Translations under genes and position numbers: made by a program | Source: Paraspadella gotoi | Taxonomy: Eukaryota; Animalia; Chaetognatha | Length of the DNA: 64,000 nt | Direction of reading: 5' to 3' | Assembly: GCA_051294375.1 (NCBI GenBank) | Contig: CM119270.1 | Coordinates: 10,187,579 to 10,251,578 of the forward strand | Shown: positions 24,235 through 35,561 of the stretch, piece after piece | Position numbering within the stretch: position 1 is the first letter of the stretch | Layout: the number at the start of each line of letters is the position of its first letter | Notes under the pieces: generated by a model | Database searches by the model: none | Told to the model about the DNA's origin: nothing | What the model saw: only the letters and a program-made list of their open reading frames with translations

Positions 24235-27200
24235 TCAGTTGTTGTTGTCCTTTTGTTGACGTTTTAGTAGTTCTTTTAATACTACTGCATATGTGGGACG
24301 ATTTCCGCTGTTGTATGATCTCGCAAGTCTTGCACTACGCCTTAGGCTACACGTTGGCTCATCTTCTTTGACTTCGAGATTGTTGTTGTTGTTATTGCTT
24401 CCTTTTCCTTTTGACGGTGGAGTAGCTTCGCGTGTAGGCTGAAATGAAGGTGAAGATGGAAGCAAAGAGGGGGAATCAAGTAAGGGTGGGTCGGGGGGAA
24501 GATGGGGTCGATTTGGGGAAATCGAGATGGGGGGGAGAAGGAGGAGGAGGAAGAGGAAGAGAAAGCGGAGTGGCGCGGCGATTGTTCGAACGAGTTGTTC
24601 TCGTCGTTGGCGCTGGCTGCCTCGTCCTGCTTCCGGGTCTACGTCCTGGTGCCCTCTCCCGGCGTGTTTCCGGGTCTTCAACGCCGTGTCTTCGTCGCTC
24701 ACCCACGCCGGTTTGACTCGAGCGATGTTGACTGTCTGCCGACCGACGCTTGGGATGTCAATGGTCATATTGATTCCGTTTCGGTTGACGACGCGGAAAG
24801 GGCCTTCGTAAGGAGAGGTGAGAGAGGGTTGGACGCCTCCTCGTCGTAGGAACACGTATTTGGCCGAGTCTAGACTTGTCGGGAGATGCACAGCCGGCTG
24901 ACAATGGGCTGACGTTGGCGTTGGTTGAAGTCGTGCGACTTCCACTCGAAGCTTTGAGAGCTGAGTCCTTCGCTGACTATCTAGCGCATTGTCGTCAGTC
25001 TGTGCATCGCCGAGTATACTTCCGGGGACACCAACTCCTTCGCCGAATACGAGGTCGGCCGCTGAGGCTCCTATGTCCTCCTTGATCGTAGTTCTAATTG
25101 CTAGAAGCGTTAATGGTAACTTCCAGTACCATTTTTCTCTTTCATCGTTTGCAAGTGCTACAAGTGACTCCTTCAACCTTCTGTGGAACCTTTCAACGAG
25201 GCCATTCGCTTGTGGATGGTATGATGGTATCCAGGATGGTCGGGGTCAGAGTGTCACAAATGGGTATTGCTGCGGGCCATCTTGTGAATCTATCGACGAT
25301 TGTGAGAAGGTGGGAGAATCCATTTGATCTCGGCATCTTGACTAGATCAAGGTTCAGGTGTTGAAAGCGGCGACTTGGGATTTTATATTCCCCGATTTCA
25401 GGCACAGTGTGCTTTGTAATTTTTACCCGCTGGCATTCAAGGCATTCACGTGCCCATTGAGACACGTCTTGCCGCATTGAGGTCCAAACAAATTTTGCTG
25501 CAACTGCTTTCCTTGTTGCCTCAACTCCTGGATGGCCGAGGCCATGAATGATGTCAAAAATTTTTCGACGCCATGATTTGGGCACAAATGGTCTCGCTGG
25601 GCCGTTGGAAATATCCGCTAGAAGGTCCTGGTCGAAAACTCTGATATTCCTGAAGGTTAGGCCGGATCTGGCATCGTTGGCAATTCTTTGAAAATCGGGA
25701 TCTAGTGCTTGTTCGTGTGCCATCTGTTCAAAATTTATTTCGAAGTTTGTGAGTGAAGCAATGACGGCATTGACGTCTTCAAGACAATCCAGTTTGATTG
25801 TCGGCTCCAGCTTCTCATTTACTACTACCGAAATTGCGGGATCTTTCGCCGAAAAAAACGCCAAGGGTTCCCAACCATTGGGACCTCTTTGCTCTAAGAC
25901 GGCGCCCACCGCGTGGTCTGAAGCGTCTGTCGTAATGCAGAGTTGTGCTCCTGTGCGGGGATGGTAGAGAAGTGCTGCAGATATTAGGCCTTCTTTGATG
26001 GCCTCGAACGCCTTCTCACAGTCGTCCGTCCAGTCGAGCTTTTTGGGCTTGCCACTTAATGCCTCATAGAGTGGAGCGCAGCGATGTGCTACCCTAGGTA
26101 TGAACCTACGATAGTAGTTGATCATACCAAGGAAGCGTTGCAACTCCTTAATTGACGTTGGTCGCGTCGTCTCTTGAAGCGTTTGGACTCTCTCTGGCAA
26201 AGGTCGTACGCCATTCTTATCGACAAGGAACCCTAGAAACTCAAGCGACTCTTGGCCCAACAGACACTTCTTGGTGTTGACCACCAATCCATTGTCGTCG
26301 AGTGCCTTGAAGACCCGCTCGAGGTCTTCCAAGTGTTCCTCCGGCGATGACGACGCTACGAGGATGTCATCCAAGTATACAAAGGTGTGAGGAATATCAC
26401 CTAGAATTTCATCCATCAACCTTTGGAAATCTTGCCCGGCGTTCTTTAGACCGAATGGGCAACGCGGGAAGACGTACAATCCGAAAGGCATGATCACTGC
26501 CGTTTTTTTTATGTCATCGGGATTGACTGGGATTTGATGGTAGCCCTTGAGCAAGTCAATTTTCAAAAAAATTGTCTTGCCCTCCAATTGCGATTTGAAG
26601 TCCGTGAGGAGCTTGACCAGGTATCGGTCGTCGATGGTCTGGGCGTTGAGGCGCCACAGCATCTCCAGCCTCCATCGGGCTTTGAGACGACATGCAGCGG
26701 CGAAGACCACTCCGACTTTCCTCGCTTCGCAATTCCTAGAGATACCATCTTTTCTAATTCCCTTTTCGCCACGGCCAGCTTCTCTGCATCAAGCCGGCGC
26801 GCTTGTGATTTGCAAGGGCGTCCTTCCGTTGGTAATCGAATGCGTAACGCCATGCTTTGGCTCCTGAAGCTGAAAAGTAGGCGTCGCTAATGAGGGGAAC
26901 GAATCCAAAAGCTTGTAATATTTTTCGCCTTTTCTATCAACAAAATTGACGTGAACGGCGGTTTCCTTTGAAGTAGACGCCGCGATGGTAGAATAGTCTT
27001 GAAGGTCGATTAATAGGCCGTCTCGGTGATTTGGCGCCAGATAATTCTCTGCTAAGAAATCAGCGCCGAGAATATTTTGTCGAACGTCCGCTACTACAAA
27101 GTTGTAATCGAATTTTCGGTTTCCCAATCTCACCGTTTTTTCAACCTTTCCGTAGCAGTGAATTGACGAGCCATTTGCAGCTTGAAGCTTCATATGTGGG

Positions 27201-27358
27201 TCTGGGCCACGTTTTCTTTGCTGTGTAGTCGGCGGAACAATTGAGAGCAATGCGCCTCCATCTACAAGCCATTTGGTTCTGTTCCCGGCATCTCGGATGA
27301 AAATGAGATCGCTTTGCGCTGGTGAACAATTTTTCTCTGGGGGAACGGCGGCGTTCAC
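24235..27358 (-). pseudogene. pol: Gypsy pol: protease, reverse transcriptase, truncated RNase H, integrase (several frameshifts)
   Basis: Protease WLVDGGA...ILGADFL (26789-27358); RT KIDLLKGYHQIP, PFGLKNA, YLDDILV; RNase H TTDASD then deleted after LAFFSAK; integrase HGLGH..CLEC, IVDRFTRW and GPF motif YEGPFRV. Confidence 0.95.
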
Positions 27359-27389
27359 TTGCGTCGTCCCCCTCGGGCATTTCCCTCTT

Positions 27390-28096
27390 TCTTCTGCATT
27401 TCGTCATACCTTGAGCAGCCTTGGTCACACGACCACGCATCGTCGCCGAATTTTATGTTTCGCACATAAAGTCGTCAATTTAGGCTTGGATTTCGCTTTT
27501 GAGGCTTGATTTTTCCGGTGTTTGCTATTTGGCTGTTTTCGATAGCGGCCTTCGACGGCGTTAATTGCTTCCTCCTCGTCAGACACGCAGTCAACTCGTT
27601 CTCCTTGATGGCGGTCGACATTGTGGGCAAGTGAGGATGCTTGGCGCAGCTTTAGGTTGCCGTCAGAGTCGAAATGGCGGTCGGCTATCTGGCACAGCTC
27701 AAAAGCGGTTACCTCGTCAGCTTTTTCTTCCAATTGGCGACGAATTTCGTTTGAAAGTTCTCGAAGGATTTTTTCTTTCCTGACGTCGTCTAACGTCAGT
27801 GTCTTCGTCCTCTCCTCCAACTGGGCAAGCATTTTGGAGGGTTTGGCGTTGTCGACGTCGAGCGAGTCAAGGATGGTGGCCGCTTGCTGGCGCCGAGTAA
27901 GGCCATATTCTTTTCGGAGGTATCCAATGAATTGAGTCCACATTTCCTCGCTTGCTTCTCCAAAGAGATATTTATTGATGGTAGGATCCACATTAATCCC
28001 GATCTTGGATTCTAAGTGGGCGAATTTATTCCTTGGCGCCTCAGAAGGAGTAGTTTTCCGTTGTTTCTTCCCCTCTTGAAGGTTGGTTTTATTCAT
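27390..28096 (-). pseudogene. gag: Gypsy gag (frameshifted, probably N-terminally truncated)
   Basis: 228-aa ORF directly after the PBS; CHCC-type knuckle CAKH..FGDDAWSCDQGC is recoverable across a frameshift at about 27450. Confidence 0.8.
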
Positions 28097-28598
28097 CGAC
28101 GGTCTCACCATGTGGCTAGAAACATTATTTGTTTTGATTTGATTATTTAATTGTAGTTAATGTACTCATTACATTTGGAGAATTAAATAAAAGCATGATG
28201 AGAGGGAAACATTGTTTTAATGTTATTAACATGAGGTGAAACATTAAGACTGAAATCATTCAGTTAACAAGTACAGGTAAACGTTTAATAAACAAAATGC
28301 TAAAAATAGTTGAGCCATCTCTCGTGGAGAAATATAATCATATAAAAACAAAAGATTTAGATCTGGCTAATCTTATTTGTCCACAAGCTTCAGCTCATGA
28401 CCACTAGGTAACCGGTTCAATCCCAACCCGGTACCTCCCCAGTGGGAAGCGTGAGGACGGCCGTATGCCGCCTTGGGGGTGTGGAAAACCCTCAAGCCTG
28501 GTTCCAAGAACCGTTCCATGGCTGCTACAGGGGGTTAAAGAAGTTGCAGAAAGCACTCTTCAGCCCCACTTAGCGCCTTATCCACAAATTATTCAGGA

Positions 28599-28696
28599 AT
28601 GTTTGAAATGGATCCAAAGATATACAAAAGTTATAATGTCCCAAGCTGTCCTGGAACAAAGCGTCATGAAATTTATTTATATTTAGATTATGACAG
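28599..28696 (+). CDS. Probable short first coding exon of the orphan repeat protein (MFEMDPKIYKSYNVPSCPGTKRHEIYLYLDYD)
   Basis: Open from ATG 28599; GT donor at 28697 and TTGCAG acceptor ending at 28776 give an 80-bp phase-2 intron that joins the long ORF in frame (..YD-R-NVRK..). Confidence 0.5.
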
Positions 28697-28741
28697 GTAT
28701 TTTTTTTTATTGGTGTTTCAACTAATTTCAATCAATTCATT

Positions 28742-31700
28742 ATGATTTACAAAACTGTACTCTGTAAAAATTGCAGGAACGTTAGGAAAGAAAACCCGGA
28801 TCTGAAGTTACAATCGAGCCTTGAAGATGACATGATTGATGGGAAAGAACAAAATTTCGCTAGTTCTGTGCTTGATAAAAATTCAACAAAAACAATTGAA
28901 TATATGACACAACCTGATGCCATACTAGATGCCACTGAATGTGGGCAAGAAAAAAAACATGAAAATACAAACAATCAGGGTAATCTTAAGGCTGAATTAC
29001 CTTTAAAAGTAACTAGCATTAACTTTAAATTAAAAAACGATGGGATCAAACATACTAATCATCCAGAGAATAAAATGGAGGTAGAAAAACCAAGTAAAAA
29101 AAGTTTTTCATTAATTAAAGTACCGGAGTTCAGATTTCTGGCTAATTTACTAAAAAATAAAGATAAAAGTAATGCCAAGGAAGAATCTGAAGGTAATCTA
29201 ATTCACAATACAACACAAAACTCAGAAAAAAATAAACTACAGGAAAAAATATTGCAAACTCCCACACAAATATCAGCTTCAACAGAATCCACAAAGGGAA
29301 TTTCGAATGCAAAATATATCAATACTGAATTTGGTTATTGGTTAGATGCACAAAATCAAAAAATAGAGAATAAAATCAGTAATCAAAACCTCAAGGAATT
29401 GAAAAATGATACTTCAACTAAAATCAATCATTTAACTAGTTTTTTTAATAAAATGATTCATAAAATTCCTAAAACTGAAAATGAAAATAAAAAAGTTTTT
29501 GACGAAAAAAGTTTGAAAGCTTCAGATGATCACTTCTCATCTTTAAACCATGTTCCAATGGGAGGCAAGGACCTTTTCAATGAATACTGCAAATCTCCTC
29601 CAAAATTAGAAAATGTATTGACTAAAGAAAGTAATGGTGAAAGCTGTACAGGCTCCTTAAAGGATTCCCCTCAAGTAGTTTTATTTAGAGATAATAAATC
29701 AGAAGAAAATTTATTTAAAGATCATGGAAATAAATTTACAATTAAAAATGCTGAAATTCTTGAAAAAAATCCTAACACTAGTTGTAATATAATAGAAAAG
29801 AATGAAATGTGCACTAATATTGAATTTACTTCTAATAAAGAATTAGAAGCAGTTACTTTTAAAAACGATTTTATAAACCTAAAAGAATTTCAATTAAATA
29901 ATGCAAAAGAAGATGCTATCTCTGAAGAAGAAAAAATGGTACAAAGAAAAATTATGGAAAAAGATACTGGGGGTGACAAAAATTTGAAATATCCTCCTTT
30001 AAACGATGAAAAAGATTTAAACCAAGGAGAATTTTATAAAAACTATAAAACTGGTGTACATGATGAAGTAATGTCAAGTTTGGTTAAAGACTTCATTAAG
30101 ATCGAAGTGCCAATATTCAATGATTTACAGTTAAATGCACAAACAGACAATTTATCAAAAAAAACATCAAACGAGATTCCGGTTGAAAAAAATTTTAAAA
30201 ACCCTATAAATCAATTCCAATTCCAATTCCAAAAAGGGAATACAGTTGTAACTATAAATGATGCTGAAATTCCATTACTCGAATCATGTATGGAAAAGTC
30301 TTATGTAAAATATTTTGGTGATATTGTAAAAGAGGAAGATGTTTCCGAACAAAAAAAGAAGTTATCAAAAAAATTTAAAAATAAAGATGTTAGGTCCATT
30401 TGCAATAAAGATTTAGCTCAAATTGAAGTGCCATTATTTAATGATTTACCGTTAGATACACAAACTGAAAATTTATCCAAAGTAAAGGCAATTGAGATTC
30501 CAATTGAGAAAATTTTTAAAAACTCTATGAATCATTTCCAATTCAAAAAAGAGAATACAGTTGTAACTATTAATGATGCTGAAATTCCATTACTTGAATC
30601 ATATATTGAAAAGTCTCCTGTGAAATATTCTGTTGATCTTGTAGAGGAAGATGTTTTTGAACAAAATAAGGATTTATCAACGAAATTTAAAAAAAGTAAA
30701 GGAATAACTGACAAAACTTTAAATATTTCGCTTATTCACGTTGATAACGTTATGTCAAGTTATGATAAAGACTTAGATCAAACTGAAGTGCCAATATTCA
30801 ATGACTTACAATTGGATGCACAAACAGATAATTCATCAAAAAAAACAGCAATTGATATTGAGTTTGAAGCTAATTTGAATCATAACATAACACAAAACTC
30901 AGAAAATAATGAACTGCAAGAAAAAATATTGCAAACTCTCCCTCAAATATCAGCTGCAACAGAATCCACAAAAGGAATTTCGAATGCAAAATTTATAAAT
31001 ACTGAATTTGGTTATTGGTTAGATGAACAAAATCAAAAAACAAAGAATAAATTCTGTAATCAAAACCTCAATGAATTGAAAAATGATACTTCAACCAAAA
31101 TCAATCCTTTAACTAATTTTCTAAATAAAATAATCCTTAAAACTCTTAAAACTGAAAATAAAAATAAAAAAGTTTTTGAGAAAAAAAGTTTCAATGCCTT
31201 AGATGATCACTTCTCATCTTTAAACCGTGTTCCAATGGGAGATGAGGACCTTTTCAATGAATACTGCAAATCTCCTCCAAAATTAGAAAAAGTATTGACT
31301 AAAGAAAGCAATGGTGAAAGCTGTACAGGTTCCTTAAAAGATTCCTCTCAAATAGTTTTATTTAGGGATAATAAGTCAGAAGAAAATTTATTTAAAAATC
31401 ATAGAAATAAATTTTTAATTAAAAATGCTGAAATTCTTGAAGAAAATATAATTGAAAGTAATGAACCGTGCACTGATATTAAATTTACTTCCAATAAAGA
31501 ATCAGAAGCAGAAAGTTTTAAAAATGATTTTCCAAACCTCAAAACATTTCAATTAAATATTGTAACAGAAAAAGATGTTTTGGAACAAAAAAATGAGTTA
31601 TCAACAGACTTTAAAAAAAGGAAAGGACTAACAGACAAAACTGTAAACTTTTCTCTTTCTCAGCAAGATGATGTTACATCCAGTTGGGATAAAGTCTTGG

Positions 31701-33667
31701 ATCAGACTGAAGTGCCAATATTCAATGATTTACAGTCAGATATACAAATTGACAATTCTTCAAAATTAACATCAGATGAGATTCCATGTGAGAAAATTTT
31801 TAAAACCCCTATAAATCATTTTCAATTCAAAAAAGGGAATACCGTTGTAACTATTAATGATGCTGAAATTCCATTACTTAAACCATATACTAAAATGTTG
31901 CTTTCTGTGATAGATTTTGATGATGCTGTAAAAGAGACAGATGTATTGGAACAAAAAAATGAGTTATCAACAGTCTTAAAAGAAAGTAAAGAATTAACTG
32001 ACAAAACTGTAAATATTTCTATTTCTCAGCAAGATGATGTTATGTCCAGTTGGGATAACGACTTGGATCAGACTGACGTGCCAATATTCAATGATTTACA
32101 GTTAGATATACAAACTGACAATTTATCCAAAAAAACAGTGATTGATAATCCAGTTGAGAAAATTTTGACAAATCCTTTCCAATTCAAAAAAGGGCATACA
32201 ATTGTGAACATTAAAGATGCTGAAATTCCATCACTTGAATCATATACCGAAGTGTCTCCTGTAAATCATTTTGATATTTTTGCCAAAGAGAAAAAAGTTT
32301 TGGAACAAAAAAATGAGTTATCAACAGACTTAAAAAAAAGTAAAGGAACAACTGACAAATTTTCTCCTTCTTATCAGAAGGAGGAAGAAAATGTAAGGCA
32401 GAAAAAAAGAGGCGAAAACCCTCAAAATGAAAGCATATATGATGTGGACGCCTGTCTAATTAAAAACTTCAAAGATTCTGATACTATATTTAAAAAACCA
32501 GTAAATGAAAGTCATGCTATAAAAACAGATGAAGTTCAAATGAATTATTTAAAATTAAAAAAGGGTGATACAATTTTTGTTATCAATGATGCCGAAGTTC
32601 CATTACTTGAAACATACTCTGAGAGCAGACCTATCATAAATGATTTGAATGATTTTGTAAAGGAAGAAAACATTCTTGAATCAAAAATTATTAATAAGGA
32701 GTATTTTAAAGTCATTGCAAAAAACACGGAGATGATAAATTCTGACGTAATACATTTGAAAAATAAAAGCTTAAATGAAAATGACGCAGCTAATTTGTTA
32801 TGGAATGAAGTATGCGTTATGTTGCCAAAAAAATATTCAATAAATAGTTCTCCAACTGAAAAAGATAGTCATAGCTATTTTAAACATGAAAATTGTTCAA
32901 CTCTGCAGTTATTGGAGGAAAATAATGCAAAATTTTTATTTCGTGATTTAAATAAATTAGTTCTAACTACCAGTTCAAAAAATAAATCAAGCATTGAGAG
33001 TGAAAGTTTTAAAAATATGTTAATGGCAGCTGAAAATCCAAACGAAAATCTAGAGATTTATTCTCATATTTTACAAGAGTCTAATGTAGATATTAATCCA
33101 TCCTCTTGCAGTCAAGCAAATTCAAATAGACAATTGGAAGTCAACAAATTTCCTAATAACTTGTGTGAAAATAAAGCAGCGAAATTATTGGTAAATGATA
33201 TCACTCTTGATAATAATTTGATTAATCAATTATTATCAAATCCTGAAGGAGGAAACTCTTTTGATAGATCCAATAATAATCAAGATAATGATAAACCTAA
33301 TTCGATAAATGCTGAAACAATTGATAAAAAAACGCGATTAATAGACTTAACTACAATGGCATATCGCCTCGAACAATTGCAGGCAAAAATAGAAAGGAAC
33401 ACTGGAAACTGTACTGAGAATCAAGAAAATTCTGAAAGGCCTAGTAATATTTCTCCGGCTTCAATTCTGAATTATTCTTATTTAGATAATGCATCATCTA
33501 AAGAGACAAAACAATTGTATGTTCAGTTTCCACAAACGATCGTAAGTGACAAGAATAATGAAGTTTTGATCGAGCTGACAAACGCACTAAAAAGATGTCA
33601 TCAAACTGGAGTAACTTTGATTGCAAAAACAATTTGTGATAAATTCTTTGGTCAACAGTTGACATAA
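28742..33667 (+). CDS. Uncharacterised 1641-aa K/E/N/S-rich protein with internal repeats
   Basis: 4.9 kb without a stop in very AT-rich DNA; ~230-aa duplication (about 29190-29900 versus 30867-31560) and several ~100-120-aa repeats (EVPIFNDLQLD; FQFKKGNTVVTINDAEIPLLE); AATAAA at 33785-33790. Confidence 0.8.
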   Translation: MIYKTVLCKNCRNVRKENPDLKLQSSLEDDMIDGKEQNFASSVLDKNSTKTIEYMTQPDAILDATECGQEKKHENTNNQGNLKAELPLKVTSINFKLKNDGIKHTNHPENKMEVEKPSKKSFSLIKVPEFRFLANLLKNKDKSNAKEESEGNLIHNTTQNSEKNKLQEKILQTPTQISASTESTKGISNAKYINTEFGYWLDAQNQKIENKISNQNLKELKNDTSTKINHLTSFFNKMIHKIPKTENENKKVFDEKSLKASDDHFSSLNHVPMGGKDLFNEYCKSPPKLENVLTKESNGESCTGSLKDSPQVVLFRDNKSEENLFKDHGNKFTIKNAEILEKNPNTSCNIIEKNEMCTNIEFTSNKELEAVTFKNDFINLKEFQLNNAKEDAISEEEKMVQRKIMEKDTGGDKNLKYPPLNDEKDLNQGEFYKNYKTGVHDEVMSSLVKDFIKIEVPIFNDLQLNAQTDNLSKKTSNEIPVEKNFKNPINQFQFQFQKGNTVVTINDAEIPLLESCMEKSYVKYFGDIVKEEDVSEQKKKLSKKFKNKDVRSICNKDLAQIEVPLFNDLPLDTQTENLSKVKAIEIPIEKIFKNSMNHFQFKKENTVVTINDAEIPLLESYIEKSPVKYSVDLVEEDVFEQNKDLSTKFKKSKGITDKTLNISLIHVDNVMSSYDKDLDQTEVPIFNDLQLDAQTDNSSKKTAIDIEFEANLNHNITQNSENNELQEKILQTLPQISAATESTKGISNAKFINTEFGYWLDEQNQKTKNKFCNQNLNELKNDTSTKINPLTNFLNKIILKTLKTENKNKKVFEKKSFNALDDHFSSLNRVPMGDEDLFNEYCKSPPKLEKVLTKESNGESCTGSLKDSSQIVLFRDNKSEENLFKNHRNKFLIKNAEILEENIIESNEPCTDIKFTSNKESEAESFKNDFPNLKTFQLNIVTEKDVLEQKNELSTDFKKRKGLTDKTVNFSLSQQDDVTSSWDKVLDQTEVPIFNDLQSDIQIDNSSKLTSDEIPCEKIFKTPINHFQFKKGNTVVTINDAEIPLLKPYTKMLLSVIDFDDAVKETDVLEQKNELSTVLKESKELTDKTVNISISQQDDVMSSWDNDLDQTDVPIFNDLQLDIQTDNLSKKTVIDNPVEKILTNPFQFKKGHTIVNIKDAEIPSLESYTEVSPVNHFDIFAKEKKVLEQKNELSTDLKKSKGTTDKFSPSYQKEEENVRQKKRGENPQNESIYDVDACLIKNFKDSDTIFKKPVNESHAIKTDEVQMNYLKLKKGDTIFVINDAEVPLLETYSESRPIINDLNDFVKEENILESKIINKEYFKVIAKNTEMINSDVIHLKNKSLNENDAANLLWNEVCVMLPKKYSINSSPTEKDSHSYFKHENCSTLQLLEENNAKFLFRDLNKLVLTTSSKNKSSIESESFKNMLMAAENPNENLEIYSHILQESNVDINPSSCSQANSNRQLEVNKFPNNLCENKAAKLLVNDITLDNNLINQLLSNPEGGNSFDRSNNNQDNDKPNSINAETIDKKTRLIDLTTMAYRLEQLQAKIERNTGNCTENQENSERPSNISPASILNYSYLDNASSKETKQLYVQFPQTIVSDKNNEVLIELTNALKRCHQTGVTLIAKTICDKFFGQQLT

Positions 33668-34826
33668 TCGAACTCGAATTTTATAAAAATTGATGTAATT
33701 TAATATTAATTTAATATAAACTTAAAAATTTCATTCACTACAGATTTTCTTTTGTATATTGTACAGTATGTAAAAAAATTAAACAATAAAATTTATAAAT
33801 TTTATTTTCATATCATTATATATTTACATATTACATTATATATTAATTAGTATTAGTATTAATTTAAAGTATAAAGTTTAAAGGATAAATAGCAAAAAAA
33901 AATCGTTGTCTTTTGTTTAAAACTACGAGCAACTCTACCAAAAGCGCCGAAAAAAAACTAGTGTAAGACCAACAAAATACCCACCTAGAGTGTGCTGTAA
34001 TCAGTTTCAAACCAACATTTTTTAAAATAAACAAAAGTACAACGAGTTTCAAGTTATTATTTTATTCAGTAATTCAATAGTTACCGTTACCACTGCAAGT
34101 TATTATGCCACGATGTTACCATGAATAATTACTTACTTTAGATATCAATTGCATCATATGTTAATAAGATACTTTACATTAACTAAAATGTGTTTTATTC
34201 TTAGAAATTATATAAATATATAAAAACTTTGAAAACGGTTTCTGCCAATTTAACATTAGATCCCAATTTGATAGGTACAAAAATAAGAAGATTGCTAATT
34301 TACTTTCATCTCGTTCTGAATGCTTATTTCAATCATTTATTGTATTTAAAAAAGATTATTCACGAGAAATTCAACTTTTAAATCTCAGAAGGTAACAAGA
34401 GAATAAGATTAGGATTAATTTCCGACTTGGAATCCGCCAAGACAGCAAGGTTAACTGGTTCGTCCCTCTTACTTGCTACAAGAATTGTCCACAGCGGGTT
34501 ATTCAGTTGCTATAGTTGGTCACTGGTTACTGGTCAGTAAGCAAGAAAGGTTAAATCAAAGACAATAGTAATCACGAGATAGCCATCTAAAATAAATTCG
34601 ATATAATCCTGATTTCGTGAGTCTTTAGATTGAATAATGAAGGTTCGACTTTCACATTGCCCCAGGATCAGTGATCATACTCTACGCAATCTTGACGCGC
34701 CCAGACGACAGCTGAGTAAAGGAATTATCCGCTCACGTTTGTCGTGCGGGTATCGCGACCGGGGAAGAGGGGCAACCAGTGCGTTGGTAACCCGGGCGAC
34801 TAAGAAAATTGCACGCGCGCACGTCG

Positions 34827-34840
34827 GTTTCCATGGCAAC
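34827..34840. promoter_or_regulatory. RFX X-box motif
   Basis: GTTTCCATGGCAAC matches the GTTNCCATGGNAAC consensus, inside a CpG-rich patch. Confidence 0.5.
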
Positions 34841-34980
34841 CTTCGAGCGCGCGCGATCTCCCACGCTCCAGTCGTGAGTGACACACAACGTCATGCTGGA
34901 GAGACGTCGACGGGGGGAAACGCCGAGAGGAGGAGAGTGGGAGAGAAACAGTGACAACGAAATACGACGATGATAAAAAC

Positions 34981-35082
<102 letters not shown>

Positions 35083-35506
35083 TACCGATTCTCCGTCCGC
35101 GGCGAGGAAGAGGGACGAAAATCCGACTCGGAGAGATATAGAGGGCGAGAGAGAGAAAAAGAGTGAGAGTGAGACAGAGACAGGGAAAATAGAGAAAGAG
35201 AGATACAGAAGGAAGGAAGAAGAAAAAGTAAGAGAGAACGAGGGAAGTGAAAGCCGGAATCCCGTTGGTTCGCTCGCGGCCTTTCGTAAAAATTGTAACC
35301 TTTTATCATCCTACGGGAAGGGGAAGAGGAGAAGAAGAGCAACGGCGCGTATTTTAAATTGGAAAAGGAACAGGGAAGAGCAAAAGAAGACGTCTAGGGG
35401 AAGAGGAAGAGCGAAGAGGAATCCGGAGATCGTGTGTTGAGATCTCCTCGCGAGAAAGAAAGAATGGAGAATGGAAAGGAGGAAAGAAAAAGAAAGAAAT
35501 GTTAGT

Positions 35507-35561
<55 letters not shown>

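Larger units (their letters stand above)
23837..28385 (-). mobile_element. Ty3/gypsy LTR retrotransposon (decayed)
   Basis: 275-bp LTRs at 23837-24111 and 28111-28385 (TGTGG...CCACA, 6 mismatches counted); TSD AGCT; minus-strand PBS TGGTGAGACCGTCG and PPT GCGGGGGA; domain order gag-PR-RT-RH-IN. Confidence 0.96.
23446..28586 (+). mobile_element. Solo TRIM LTR split by two nested insertions
   Basis: Pieces 23446-23480, about 23791-23836 and 28386-28586 join into one LTR; TSD AATT at 23442-23445 and 28587-28590. Confidence 0.88.

Noticed and set aside
24444-27935. Plus-strand ORFs overlapping the gypsy element
   Set aside because: Antisense shadows of GC-richer gag/pol sequence with no recognisable motifs.
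28465-28686. 73-aa ORF running out of the TRIM LTR
   Set aside because: Begins in LTR sequence at an ATG absent from the other copies and is out of frame with the downstream gene.
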